From: Lama glama
Taxonomy: Eukaryota
Direction of reading: 5' to 3'
Length of the DNA stretch: 64,000 bases
NCBI GenBank assembly: GCA_028534125.1
Contig: CM052816.1
Span: 21,578,001-21,642,000, forward strand
In this document: one piece after another, positions 51,180 through 64,000 of the stretch
Layout: every line of letters starts with the position of its first letter
How positions within the stretch are numbered: position 1 is the stretch's first letter
Position numbers and translations under genes: made by a program
Notes under the pieces: generated by a model
What the model saw: only the letters and a program-made list of their open reading frames with translations
The model's database searches: none
Told to the model about the DNA's origin: nothing

Positions 51180-53933
51180 GTAATTCACCACACTAGGCTC
51201 TGCCTGTCCAGCCTGCGTGTCTACTGCTGTGGCGGAGCCACTGCTGCTGGTGGTCTCCAGCCCCAGGTGAAGCGCTGCCTCCAGCAGTGATTCTCTCTTG
51301 GGTTTCTAGTGGGTGCCAGTCCCTTATTCCCATGACAGCTGCCTTCCCTTAGTCCCTACCCAACCAGCTCCCTCTGGGATTAGCCCAAGCCCTCTCTTTC
51401 ATCTCAGAGAATGCGGAGACTGCTGCTCAGGACCCCCTTGGCCTCTGCCCCCAGGGCACCACTCAGGTCTGTGTACAGACCGCCGTCTGTCCGCAACCTC
51501 AGATTTCTTCTTGCCCAGGACTGATCTCTGGACTCACTGCCCTGTATCCTGTGTGCCCTCAGTTTCAGTCTCTGCCCTTGTTCATTCTGTGTCCACTTCT
51601 CTGGGCTCTTCCCCCTGAGCTCACACATATGCTCTGTTCTTGCTCATTTTACAAACGTAAGGATCAGAGGTCCTTTTGAGTCTCTGCTGCTGATCGATCT
51701 TTTCTCCCTCCTGATTAGGCAGCTGGATAGACTCATCTACACTCTTCCTCCACTTCCTTGGTTCCTGTGTCCTCCTGAACACACAGAGTCTGGCCTCTTT
51801 GCCCTACCCACCGATCTTGGCCCTGCAGGATCACTGGTGGCCTTTGCTGGTAAAGCCATTAGGCAGGTTTCAGGCAGAATGTTCTTTAGCTTTTCGGCAG
51901 CGTTTGGCACATTGTTTGCCCCATTATTTCTGATATTCTCCCTTCCTTTGAATTCTGAGACACTGATCTTGGCTGCTTCTCTTTTGACACCTCTCTCTCT
52001 TTTTGTAACAGGCCCCTTTTCAATTCAACTGATTGTCTTAGTATGTTTATAAGAAGATGTATTGGGGTTTGGGAGCTATTAAAGGCCAATAAACCCCGGC
52101 ATCCAGTTTATTGCTCACCCGTAAGGGCCCTATGGAGGCACAGCAGAGAGAATCTCGGTGTGTTGGCACTGTGTTGTTGAGAGAAGCACAGTGTTGTTGA
52201 CTGGTCAAGGCCTGGAGTCCTGATACTGAGGAGTCCAGTGGGCTGACAGGAGGGAGTGTAGAGTTCTTAATCCTTAGTCAGGCCACAAGGACAGAGAGAG
52301 AAGGCAGCTTGGGGTACCTGCAAGATCTAGTCACCCTGTAGCTATGAGAATCATGGGTGGGAGGAGGGAGCCACAGCCAGGCATTGACCTTTTACATTCA
52401 CTTAATAGACCCCTGCATTTCCTGGAGGGGCAGTGAGGGGTGGAGGGGTGTTATTCGCCAGGATGCCATCCCTACCTCATGTCTCCCTAAGCATCTTCTC
52501 CAACTGAGCCCAGCCGTTTGCATCACTTGATGTATCATCTATACATGGATGACATCTAGATCTGTGTTCTCTGTCAGCGCCTGTGACCTGAGCTTCCAAC
52601 CAGTGCAGGCAAGTGCCTGTGGGCCATCTATACTTGGATGTTCCATGGGCTCCTCAAAATTCATGTCCCAAACTGAAATCCTCATCCCCCTTTGAACTGT
52701 CCATCCTCCTTATCTCCACAAAAATTACACCATCCACTTGCTGCTCTGTGGATTCTCCCTCCCTATAATGTCTTCTGTATTTTGAGGGCCTGACTCCAGC
52801 CTCATGGTCATGTCTTTCTCAACTGGATTATTGAAATATTGTTCTGACTTATTGTGCACCTCCAGCTCACTCCTTAAATTATCCTCCGGGAGCTCTTAAG
52901 CATGTATCTTTTTACATGAGTTTTTGATCACAGTTCTTAACTTTGAGGGCTAAAGCCAAATTCCTCTTACATATGGTGTTTAAGGGCCTACATGGGGCCA
53001 TCTCCCTAGCCTCCTCACCTGTTGTACTAAGCTACACCATTGCTCAGTTCCTCTGCAGAGAGTGTGGGATAAACATCAGTGGGGTTTCAAGTCTGATTGC
53101 CCTTCCACACTCAGCACTCTCTGGGGAGCAGACTTTCCAGTTGGCTTCTGGGATGGATGCTGAGTGTCTGGGACCCATTCTTGACATTCATGGCATCTGT
53201 GAGACGTGTTGCTAATAGCTACTGATATTAACATCCTGGGGGTCATAGCAGACATTTTCATACATCATCTTGTTGAATTCTTGGCACAAGTCCTCTAAAA
53301 TTGATGGTATTACCTCTATTTAGAGATAAAGAGGCTAAAAATCAGAGAGGCTGAGTAACTTGTCCTTAGTCACACAGTTGGTAGGTGCCATAGTGAGGCC
53401 CTCATAGACCTAGCTTTGTCCAGCTCACTCAGCTGTGTTATACTGCCTTCATCAGTGTGAGTTCCCTGGCCTACAGAGCTAGAGGAGATCTGTGGAGGCC
53501 CATGGAGAGTGGATGGGGCCTCAAGGAACCCCTGAAGTTTCTGGTCTTCCTACTAACTCTGTCTTGTGTTTACTCTCCCCAATTTCCTATCCCACATTGT
53601 CTGTTCCTGAGCCGTCAGGGCGAGCAGACCCTGGTCTCTGAAGCAGCCAACCTATTGCAGCAGGGGTTTCATTCTGGACATCCTGGGCATCAGGCAGCAA
53701 GAGCCCACTCTGAGGCAGCTCTTCCATGTCAGCCATGCCTAGATTGCTGTTGACGGGTTTGTAGGGAGACGCCCTTCCTTTCCAGGGAGGATCACAGCCT
53801 AAACCCTGCATCTTACCATAGCCTACACACCACATCTCCTTCTGCATGACTTCTTCATGGTCACTTTCCAGCTCTGAGTCAACAGCAGAGGACCTGTGGT
53901 CAGAGGACCTGCCAAATTGATCCTCAATGAGGC

Positions 53934-53966
53934 CCCACCACCTAGTGGTCAAATTTGGCACTGCAG
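53934..53966 (-). promoter_or_regulatory. Putative CTCF site with upstream module (reverse)
   Basis: Minus strand CTGCAGTGCCAAATTTGACCACTAGGTGGTGG = upstream TGCAG module plus core at the usual spacing. Confidence 0.7.
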
Positions 53967-54518
53967 TCTTGTCTCCTGGGCTCCCTTGGCATCTGTCACA
54001 CCATTTCTGCTACCTCTGGTTCTTCTGCCTCTTGGGAACTTCTCAGTGTTTTTCACTCTATGTCCTTTCTTTGTAGGTCATCTCTGGGGGCCTAGCCTCA
54101 GTCACCTTCTCTATTCTTTCCTCACACTGTTCCTGGAAGTGGTTATCCTCCTCCATATCTTTAACTGCCACCTAAGTTCTATTTTCTACATTCAACTAGT
54201 TTTTCTATCTTCCACACTTAAATGGCCAGATGCCTTGCAAACATCTCCTGTGTGGTGCACGGGACTTTCATACTCTTGAACGCTACTTCTTGGTGGGCTT
54301 CCTGGGCTCCTCCATAACAAAGGCCCCTTCCCTCTTGGGGAAAGGGGAGTCTGAGACTAGGAGATTGGTTGTGCACACCAGCTCAAGGCAGGGCCAGCCT
54401 GGTGTGCTCACTGTACTAAGGCCCTTAGAGGTGTGTGTCTGAAGTGGGACTCTGCTGGGATACTATTTTCCCCTTCCAGAGGCCCAGGCTCCCTCAGTGG
54501 GGGAATCTCTCTTACTAA

Positions 54519-54842
<324 letters not shown>

Positions 54843-56024
54843 TAGCAGGAGAACTGGTCACCCTGCTGGCCCTCTCTGGCCACTATCCAGGGACTGAGCC
54901 AGTCTGACATATAGCTCGGCCAGTGACTAGTGCTTTGCTGTTTTTAGGCCCAGACCAGTTGTCAGCTAGCTCCTTACCCACCTTGCTCCTGGCCTTAGCA
55001 CTTTCCCAGTTGTCAGTGGATCCCCTCAGGCCTGTGATGCCTCTGGCCCTACATGCTCCCTTTTTGAACAGGAATCCAGTGCTGTAGTATATTTGCTGCT
55101 CTGCACAGTGGCGCTTTCACTGCATGAGGAGCAGTTTGAGAGGCAAGCTGTTCTTTCGGGTTGAGGCAGTGACAGTGACCTGACCTGTTAGAGATCTGAG
55201 GTCTAACTAGGGGACTTGCCATGGCATTGGTGATTTCAGCGTCTTGTGGTGTTAGACTGAACGGGATCAAAGGCCCTGTGCTTAAGAACCTATTTGGTCC
55301 ACCTCTTACTAATATATGGGGATATCATAGTCTAGAATTTCACAGACCAGCAATGACTTCCTTTTGCTGCTGCTTTTCATGGGCCTTGAGTCTGAGGCCA
55401 GCTAGCACATGAGTGTCTGCAAGACGGGTATGGGAAGAGAGCTTTGTAGACTCTGTTGTATTAGTAAGAGCCTTGGACAGGGAGTTGGGACATCTGGATT
55501 CCTGTTCTGTATACCCTAACCTTAATCTGTTAATCTGTTGACAACTTTGGGCCTCCGTTTCCTCACCTGAGAGGTGGCACAGTAATCCTACCAAGCCTGC
55601 TCCTTCATGTTGGGAGGCCCGCAGGATGAAGCTGTGGCAGTGGCACATGGCTGTTCTTGTTGCCAGTGTTTCAGCTTGCCTTCTGGCTGTGGCCAGCATG
55701 TGATGTCACCAGTAATGCATGTACTTTAGGGGATGGATGTAACTAAACACAGCCAAGACGGGAGAAGGAGGGAGAACTCTGGACTGCTTCTCTGGACCTG
55801 TGTCCTTGGGACCTCCAGGGAGGCCTGAGAGGAGAGCCGTGCTGGTGGCTAAGTGTCCCCCACTTTGTTGCTCCTTTCTCATCTCTGACCAGAGTTGGAG
55901 GCACCTCTGTTGGTTTTTCTGCTTTGACCAGCGAACCCCGGTTAGGTGCTGCGGAAGGCAGAATGCTGCGTGCAAGTGAGCTGCTGGGAGAGAAAACCGC
56001 TTACAGAATAATTTCTCTAAATGA

Positions 56025-56306
<282 letters not shown>

Positions 56307-57033
56307 TAGACCTTGGACAGGCAGCTCTGGGCAAGATGTTCCTCTCTCTGTAGGTAGTTTCCTCAGTTGTTTGTAGCATCTGCTCAGGTTGACGTGTAGG
56401 GGCCTTCTGAGATATAGGACAGGAGACTGTCTTTCCTGAGGTCCCAGGCAGAGTTTCAATCCTCCAAGTTATTAGTGAGCTCCCCTCTCCACCCCAGCAT
56501 GCCAGCTTCTGCTTGTCTCATAGTTCTGAAGAAAACCATGGGTGGGGATGTGACTTGGGCCCTGAAGGAATTCAGGTCTCTAGCAAAGATGAGGCAGTTG
56601 CTAGAGCTTAGTATGAGGTATCACTGGCCTTTGAAAGCTCTGGGATCCCAGTGTTTCCTCATGGAGGCTGAGGTGTGAAGAAGGCTCTCGGCCTTTTCTG
56701 CATCACTGTCTGCCTGGCTTCCGCACCTGGAAGGGCTTCTTCACCGCCCCAACCCTTCTGACCTACTCACATCTCTTAAGGAAGGGGCCAGGGATTACAC
56801 CCTGCCACAGGACTTGTGAATGTGAGGTATTCTTGGGATACAAAATATTGCATGATTTGTGGGGTGTCATTTCCTGCCGATCAAACTGAGGGGCTTTTGT
56901 TTTCTTCTCTCCTGGGTTAGAAGGGTGTGGCTGCTGGACATGGAGTGTGAGACTAGTGTCTGCAGCCAGCCAGCCTGGCACTGAGGTTTGGGACAGTCAA
57001 TCAGCTCAGGGCCTGTTTCTCTGTGCTCCCCAG

Positions 57034-57210
57034 ACACCTCGAAGGCAGAAGAGGCTTTTCTGTAGGTACCACCATGGCAACAGGACGCCGCAGCTGCTCA
57101 TCGCCCCCTTCAAAGAGGAGGATGAGTGGGACAGCCCACACATCGTCAGGTACTACGATGTCATGTCTGACGAGGAAATCGAGAGGATCAAGGAGATTGC
57201 AAAACCCAAA
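57034..57210 (+). CDS. P4HA2: P4HA2 exon 8
   Basis: 177 nt; encodes TPRRQKRLFCRYHHGNRTPQLLIAPFKEEDEWDSPHIVRYYDVMSDEEIERIKEIAKPK. Confidence 0.97.
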
Positions 57211-58782
57211 GTAGGTGTCTCTGCAGTTCCTCCTCAGGCCACTCATCCCTGGTACCATGGGCAGTTTGGTTGCTTCCCCAGCTGACCTTTGCTGATGTCT
57301 GGCATGAAAGTGCTATCTGGTACTGAGGTATTGCAGGCTCAGTTTGACCTTGTGGGTTCACGGTCCAGTAGGGGAAGAAATGAGGGAGCCAATGTGGACA
57401 GCCAAGTGCTATGACAGAAGGGCACTCTGGGAACAATGCAGGCTCACAGGGAGAAGTGTCAGCTCACCTGGTTGGGGGCTGGTGTGTGGTGAGGTTTTAG
57501 GAAGAATGCCATAGGATACTTCCAAGCTGGGGTCTCTGGAGCTCCTGATTAGGACTGCCAAGGAAGTGACTGACTTGGAGGAGGACAAAAATCTCTTCAA
57601 CACTGAGTCTTCTCATCCAGGAGTAGTCTGGGGCTCTCCATTTATTCATATCTTTAAAATTTTTCTTCATGTAAGTCCTGCATGTTTCTAGTTAAATTTA
57701 TTCCTAGATAGTTTTTTTGTTATTGTAACTTTGCTTTGTTTCTTTTATTATGTTTTTACTGATCACATTATTAAATTAGTTGACTATTATATGCTAAGCT
57801 ATTGATTGTAAAAATATATTTCATAGTAATAGCTACTGTTTCCTGAGTTCTTAAGTGTGGCAGGCCTAAGTCCTTAACATATACTAAGTGCTATGTCTGG
57901 GCAGCAGGCTCTGTCCTTGTCTTCATTTTGCCCACAGGAAGCAGATGTGTGGATCACAGCTAGCTACTGAGCTCACTTGCCCCTCTTGTGGTTTTTAGCT
58001 GATTACCTTGGGCTGTCCAGGTAGTATTAGCAGCTACCTACTAAGCAGGCAGTTATTTTTGGATAACTAAGGAAATAAGTTATCCAAAGGATAAGGAAAA
58101 TTCTGTTTTCTCATTCCTGATAGTTACAGTTCTTTTGTTTTTGTTGTCTTGTTGAGCTGCCCAGAACTTTTGGAGCATTTTTATAATGGGAAAATGTCTT
58201 GTTCTTGAATTTCCTGGAAATTCTTTTGGTATTTCACTGCTAAGTTGGCCGTTGGTTTTATGTATGTGTCATCATGTTGTAAAATTTTTCTTCTATTTCT
58301 AGTTCATAAAAGATTTTCTCCCATTTGACATCTTTCAAAGAGAACTACTACTTGTTGCCATATTCCTACCCTTCTCCTATCACTGGTGATTAGGAGGGAG
58401 GATTTAGCTGGAAATCCTTGATTGCTCTGCTTCTAGTAGAATTGTAGTGGCCTGGAGGCCCAGTGCCTGTGGAGAGATCTAAGATAGGTTCCTGTCCCAG
58501 GCCCTGGACCTCATCTTGGAACAACCTTGGCTTGAGGTACTAGGCCATCATGGGCTCAGAGTCAATTGTTGGTATCATTGATGTGGCTGAGGGAGGGTGT
58601 GGTCATTGTGTGTGTAGAATGGGAACCAGAACTACCCCACCTCCACCTCCACCATCAGCTCCAAAGTCCTCCAGGGAAGAAAACTACTTTCCTGGTTGCC
58701 AGGCAAGAGGGGCACTGTTGTGCCAGAATCTCCTGAAATATTCCTCACTTGTTCCTCAGACCAAAGCACTGAAACATTTCTC

Positions 58783-58806
58783 TGTGTGTGTGTGTGTGTG
58801 TGTGTG
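58783..58806. repeat. (TG)12 microsatellite
   Basis: Read directly from the sequence. Confidence 0.9.
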
Positions 58807-60585
58807 CATGTTGGATGCATGTGTGCACATGGGTGTGACAGGGCAGTGTGGGCAGGGAGGGGAGTGTTGGGAAAACTTGTCTTTGAACAGAAGCCATGCA
58901 AGGAGCCAAACATGTTGGCTGTTACAATCTGACCTCTCCTTTCCGGAGTCTGTAAGGGACAGATGCTATTCTGGCTTTGAAGTAGGGCCCATGAGCTTAA
59001 CTTGGCCTGTGTGGAATGCCTGGCAGCTGCTTGTGGGTCCCTGACCTTCTTTCAGAATAGCTCTGTCTGTCCCTGGGAGCAGAGCACAGCTGCCCAGAGC
59101 CTCCCTGTGGGCGTCAGGCCAGTACTGGCTTAGATGTTTGGATGGGGTCTAGCTGCGGCTGCATTTGTCATCAGGGAGGAACTGTAGATAGGATCTCAGG
59201 GAAGCGCTCTGCTCCGGGTGCACTGCCGTCTTACCAGAATGTGCTGCAGCAGCACAGTGTCCAGGCTGGTGGATCTCACCTCCTGACTGGCCTTCTGGTC
59301 CATCCACTCCTCTCCATCCCTTCTGCCACCTCTTGCCCTGACCTCTGCCGTACATCCTCACTGGCCTCCTTGTTCCTGTTCTGGCAGTTCCTTAGTCAAC
59401 TCTCCATGAGGTGTCAATAGTGATCTTTACTTACATTCAGGTTGTGGTGTCCCATCCCTGTATAAAGCCTTTCCTGTTTCTTATTGGTCACAGGTTGCCT
59501 CCAGCCCAGCCCTTACTTACCTCTTCAGTCTGTTCCTGTAATGGTCCTCTACCTGCCTGCTTACCCTTCCAGTCTCAGCTAAGTGGTTCCCCCTGTAGGA
59601 AACCATTCTTGACCCTGTAGACTGAGTTCCCAAAGACATTGAACTCCCCACCTCCCAGCTCCTACCATGATGTGCTGTGATTACCCAGCTAGTTTTCTGC
59701 CTTTCTCTGTTGACTTAGTTGTTTGAGGGCAGGGACCATGTCTTGGTCACCCAGCATAGTGTCAGGCACACAGTAAGCACTCATCAGGACAGTCCACAGC
59801 TGAAGCACTAGGGGCTGACTCCAGGTGGCAGGTCCTTCCCGGGAGTATCACTGTGCCCATCTGTAGAGACTGGGGCTATGAGGTATGTGATGGTGTGTGT
59901 GTATGAGTATGTGAAGGTGGGTGGGTTCCAAGCAGCAGTTCACTTATTGCAACTTGTGGAGTCCTTTCCTGATCCTATCATCTGACTTTGCCAGGCTCCC
60001 AAGGGAGCGAAAACTGTGCCCCCTGTCTTTGTTCCTTGTAGCAGTGGGAGCCCAGTGTGAGCTGGTGCAGGAGAAGAGTCTTTGGGTAGGCTTCTGGGCA
60101 GAGGAGGCCACTGAAGTTCAGAAGGATGCTGGTAGACTTGTCCACAGTGAGAGGAGCATGCAAGGTTGAGGCTCAGGATTGGCAGCACAGTCTGAATGTG
60201 GGAGCAGCCGAGTGCAGGCAGGGGTGGTACGTGGGCCTGGTGAGGAAGGGGGCTGTCTGGACAGGTGGGTGGATGGACAAAGCAGATTCCATAGGCATAA
60301 TTCTATAGACAGCATGGATCTGGAAGGGAGCAAGGGTGGGAGTGACCCAGAGGGCAGTGTCCAGGGTCTGACAGCAGAGCAGGAATGTGGAGGCCTCAGA
60401 CTCCTGCTCTGACCTGGCTTGCAGGATCAGGGGGCTTTGGCTAGAGTGGTTGCCTGCAGACTGGCAGATCAAGTCCCAGTCTTTCCCTTTCCACACTGGC
60501 CTGACTGGCAGATTTGGTCCCAGCTTTTCCAGGAAAACATTCAAGGCAAAGAATGGTAAGTCTGACCTGTCTTCCTGCCTTCCAG

Positions 60586-60656
60586 CTTGCACGAGCCACT
60601 GTTCGTGATCCCAAGACAGGTGTCCTCACTGTCGCCAGCTACAGAGTTTCCAAAAG
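60586..60656 (+). CDS. P4HA2: P4HA2 exon 9
   Basis: 71 nt; encodes LARATVRDPKTGVLTVASYRVSK(S). Confidence 0.97.
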
Positions 60657-60889
60657 GTTAGCAAAGGTGGTTGTGGTGGTGGTTGGCTGCTCAAGCCTCA
60701 ACTCCAGGGCTTCCCGGTTCCTGCCCCAGGGAGGGTGACTGGGCTTGTCCTCCCTGCTGCCACCTCCCCTACATGGAACCCTCAGCCTGTGTCTCCTGTT
60801 AGTGCTGGCCCTGACTCTGGGGAGAGTGAAGGACCTCAGTGAAGTCTCCTTTCCCCACCTTCCTCTCTCTCCCTCTTGTTTTGCGTTAG

Positions 60890-60989
60890 CTCCTGGCTGG
60901 AGGAAAATGATGACCCTGTTGTGGCTCGAGTGAATCTTCGGATGCAGTACATCACAGGGCTAACAGTAAAGACTGCAGAATTGTTGCAG
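60890..60989 (+). CDS. P4HA2: P4HA2 exon 10 (gene continues beyond the window)
   Basis: 100 nt; encodes SSWLEENDDPVVARVNLRMQYITGLTVKTAELLQ; GTATGG donor. The catalytic HxD exons are not in the window. Confidence 0.96.
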
Positions 60990-61250
60990 GTATGGTTGTG
61001 CTTCCTGGGACCCTGGAGTTGGGAAGGGAGTATTTCTAGCTAGATGGTGTCTCTGGTGCCCAGGGCCAGAGGCTTGCCCAATAAACTATATGACTGCACA
61101 ATGCTATGAATATGGAGTAACCCCACACAGGGAAGCCAGAATTAAGTCTGCCCACTGGCATTCAACAGTTAGCATTCAACAAATATTGACTGAGTATCTT
61201 CTGTGTGTCTAAGAATCATACTAGGAACTAGGGATCATTGGTGAGCATCG

Positions 61251-64000
61251 AAGGCCTGTTCATGTCTTCTTGACTGCAGAAGCTGAAATCCTGAGTTGTT
61301 CCAGGGACACCTCTAAGATCTATAAATATCTTCAGAGGTCATGGTTCTGAGTCATAGAGGTAAAGTGTTCTGTGATATGTTGGTGCAATTGAGAGGCCTG
61401 GGCTGGTTGGCTGGTGAAGGGGGAATACTCCTTTCAAAGTAGCCCCCCTTGGGACCCTGGCTTCTTACTTTTATATCAGAGGTGATTGTAAAGACATAGC
61501 AGCACCATGCTGAAAGTTTTGGGTACAGCTCTTAATATATTCTCTGGTCTGTTGAGTTCAAATCAGCACTGGCCATGCTCCTTTCTGAACATATGAACTT
61601 CTGGGTTCTGCTGTAAAGTGATGACCTGAGACATCACCACAGAAGGTTCACTGGCATTTTTCTCCAATCCTCTGAGTCTGTCTGTTTGGCCAGAGTTTGT
61701 GTCTATTTAAGGATCTCATACTTTACCTTTAGACTTGGACTTTGCGTCTGATCAACCATAGATCTCATTAGAATATTGAACTGAAGATCACTTGGAAAAA
61801 ATTCTCTGAACTTTTGCCTGGACACACCCAAGCAAATCAGTGCTCATCTCCCCTCTCCTCTCCCCATGGCTGTGTCAGCAATCAAAACCAATTTTGAAGG
61901 TTCTCCTTTATGGATTTGTATGAGGTCCACCAGAGTTTTTAGAAACGTGCTGATTATCTTACAGTCTTATGAAAATTTTATATAATTTTTTCAGCTTAAC
62001 TCAGCTAAGTGTTTCATTTGTAGGCCTAATTTTTAATTAAGTTCTTAGGCAAGCACATTAGGAGAAGACTTCTGCCACATCTCCCACTTCCCTCTCATGT
62101 GTGAGAAGAGCCATAGGACTTCATGCCCTGGGTGCATCCTTGTGGGTGTTGTGATTCATATCTTCCTGTTGTTGTTAAGACATCTGCCACTGCTTCCTGC
62201 ACATCAGAGCCAGTGTTAGGACTCTCATGGCCCTTATTGAGGACAATGGCCTGCTTGGTTGCTGATTCCAAACCCTGGACCAAGGAGCTGAGAAGAGTGG
62301 ACAGGACCTGTGCCCCTCTTGCTCTGGTGACTGGCTTCCCGGCTGTACCCTCTGTACCCTTTCTCACATGCAGCCTGAGAAGACAACAGCTTCATGCTTG
62401 GACTAGCTTCTCTGCCACAACCCTGGCTTCATCTTAACTGACCTTTTGTCATGTGGTAGTTGACGACTGAGGACTGAATGCTGCAACTCCTAGTGAAAGG
62501 GCTTTTATGGTCAGAGCTCTTCTGGAAGAGCTGGGCCACAGCTACCAGGAGGCTAAGACAGCGTTGTGGTTTGGTTTCCTTCTGTAGGAACTATCTTGGC
62601 ATTTTCTTTGCCACTGAGTGGTATTGAAAGCTTTGATCCTGCGTATTCTGGGGACAGGAACCTGGGTTTCAGTACCTGTCTCTAAATGTTCATTTTACAT
62701 TCCACACAGTGTGACATATGCCTAGGCACCAGCAATAGCCTCCTTTGCAGGGCCCCAAAGGGAGTGTTACAGGCTTCTGGAAGGGAACTAGTTCTTTTTC
62801 GGCCTGTCAACATTCTTTCATCTCTAGTTGATGTGTTTGCTATAGATCATTCGGAAGAAAGAGCAATTGTGGCTTTCTTGTGAATTGGATGAGGGCCTAT
62901 CTGATAGTGGAGGAGATGCTACAGTGCCAGAATTCTCTAAGATTGAAGACACTCCTGACTCAGTGTCTCAGCCTTCACCAAAAAAGTGATTTCTAACCAC
63001 TTTTTACCCTTCACTTTGACCTCAGTATCATAAATACCCATGTCTTTCAGCGACTGATTCTTCTACTTTTGTAATAAGAAATCTAAAAATGCAAATGAAT
63101 ACCTCCTTCCAGGAATCAGTTTTGATGTACAGTTGCTTAAAAATATGAGTCTGGAGCCTGGAGTTTGCTCATGTGGCGATCCTGATTGCTGCAAATCCAG
63201 AGGTTCCCATGACACTTGCACTATTTGGGGCTGTATTAAATAGCATAGGTACAAATCGCTTCAGCACCATGATTAATGTGAGTCCCCAAACTGTTAAAAG
63301 TTGAGCCAGCTATAACAATGCATCTTCTTTCATTACCCCCAGTAGAGAAAGTTTAAGCAGTCCATCCAGTAAGTGGGAGCGTTGGAAGGCTCTGCAGCCA
63401 TAATAGTCTCCAGCTACAAGCAGTGATCAAATTTCCCTAAGTGCATTGGCACAGTAATCACAGCCATGTTTAAAACTTTCTTAAAGTTCTCAGCTAGAGA
63501 GGGTCCAAAGAAAAGGCATTTGTAATATCACTTCATCAACTGCACTAGCATGTCTCTCCTTAGATGCATCTCCAGCACTAGAGCCATCTTCTGAGCCAGG
63601 CCTCCTGGCACTGTTGACAGGATTTCCAAGTATTTTTGGTGTGGGCCTCATGAAGATCGAAGCAGTGTATGCCAGCATATTTTCATCCACTGATTCTTCG
63701 TGTCACAATTTTTATTTTTGTGGACACTGAAAACCATGCTGCTGAAGTTCTCCACTGCATCATGTTTGATAAAGTTTTGTTTTGTTTTTTTACTCCAACA
63801 GGAATATTTTCTCTCTTGTAAAGTCCACCCTCCCTTTATCTCCCCTTCACGTCCATACGTCTCCATTATTGCTAGCTTTGCAGCATCTCTCACCTGACTG
63901 TTGGAATTGCCGAAAAGGATATACAAAACCAATTTTTTGAGTACTAATAGCCGAACCCCAAAGATGTTTATGGTTTCATTAAGACACAGAGCCATGTGTT
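61251..64000 (-). pseudogene. CLASP2: Processed (intronless) CLASP2 pseudogene, antisense in P4HA2 intron 10; runs off the window end
   Basis: Colinear minus-strand peptides match CLASP2 as I recall it: LFGNSNSQVRDAA, GNPVNSARRPGS, SNCTSKLIPGRRYSFAFLDFLLQ, SGTVASPPLSDR, SQGCGREAS, NTGSDVQEAVAD, FPSDLQFNILMRSMVDQTQSPSLKVK, MTSEDIYRS, QDFSFCSQEDMN. Many stops and frameshifts, no introns. Confidence 0.9.

Noticed and set aside
58058..58088. Perfect 11-bp inverted repeat tttggataact / agttatccaaa
   Set aside because: Short, AT-rich and inside decayed L1-like sequence; best explained by a local template switch.

Overview
Mammalian genomic DNA, probably camelid judging by my recognition of two tRNA-derived SINEs and an L1 tail. 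It covers the head-to-head PDLIM4-P4HA2 locus (orthologous to human 5q31). PDLIM4/RIL is complete on the minus strand: 7 coding exons from ATG 17156 to TGA 2815, 996 nt, 331 aa, PDZ plus LIM. P4HA2 (collagen prolyl 4-hydroxylase alpha-2) is on the plus strand, with a CpG-island/HRE promoter at about 37.7-38.5 kb, a non-coding exon 1 and nine coding exons (46907-60989); it continues past the window end. The most notable unexplained-by-gene feature is a decayed, intronless CLASP2 retrocopy of at least 2.7 kb, antisense inside the last visible P4HA2 intron, which stops mid-CDS without a poly(A) tail (possible twin-priming inversion). Other points: a young 74-bp L1 stub with a perfect 19-bp TSD just upstream of the P4HA2 promoter, three CTCF motifs, several candidate unannotated exons, a Z-DNA-prone tract, and a 163-aa divergent ORF with weak KilA-N/APSES-like motifs that is probably chance. 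I found no convincing new biological system. Gene and repeat identities are from memory, not database searches; repeat boundaries are approximate.
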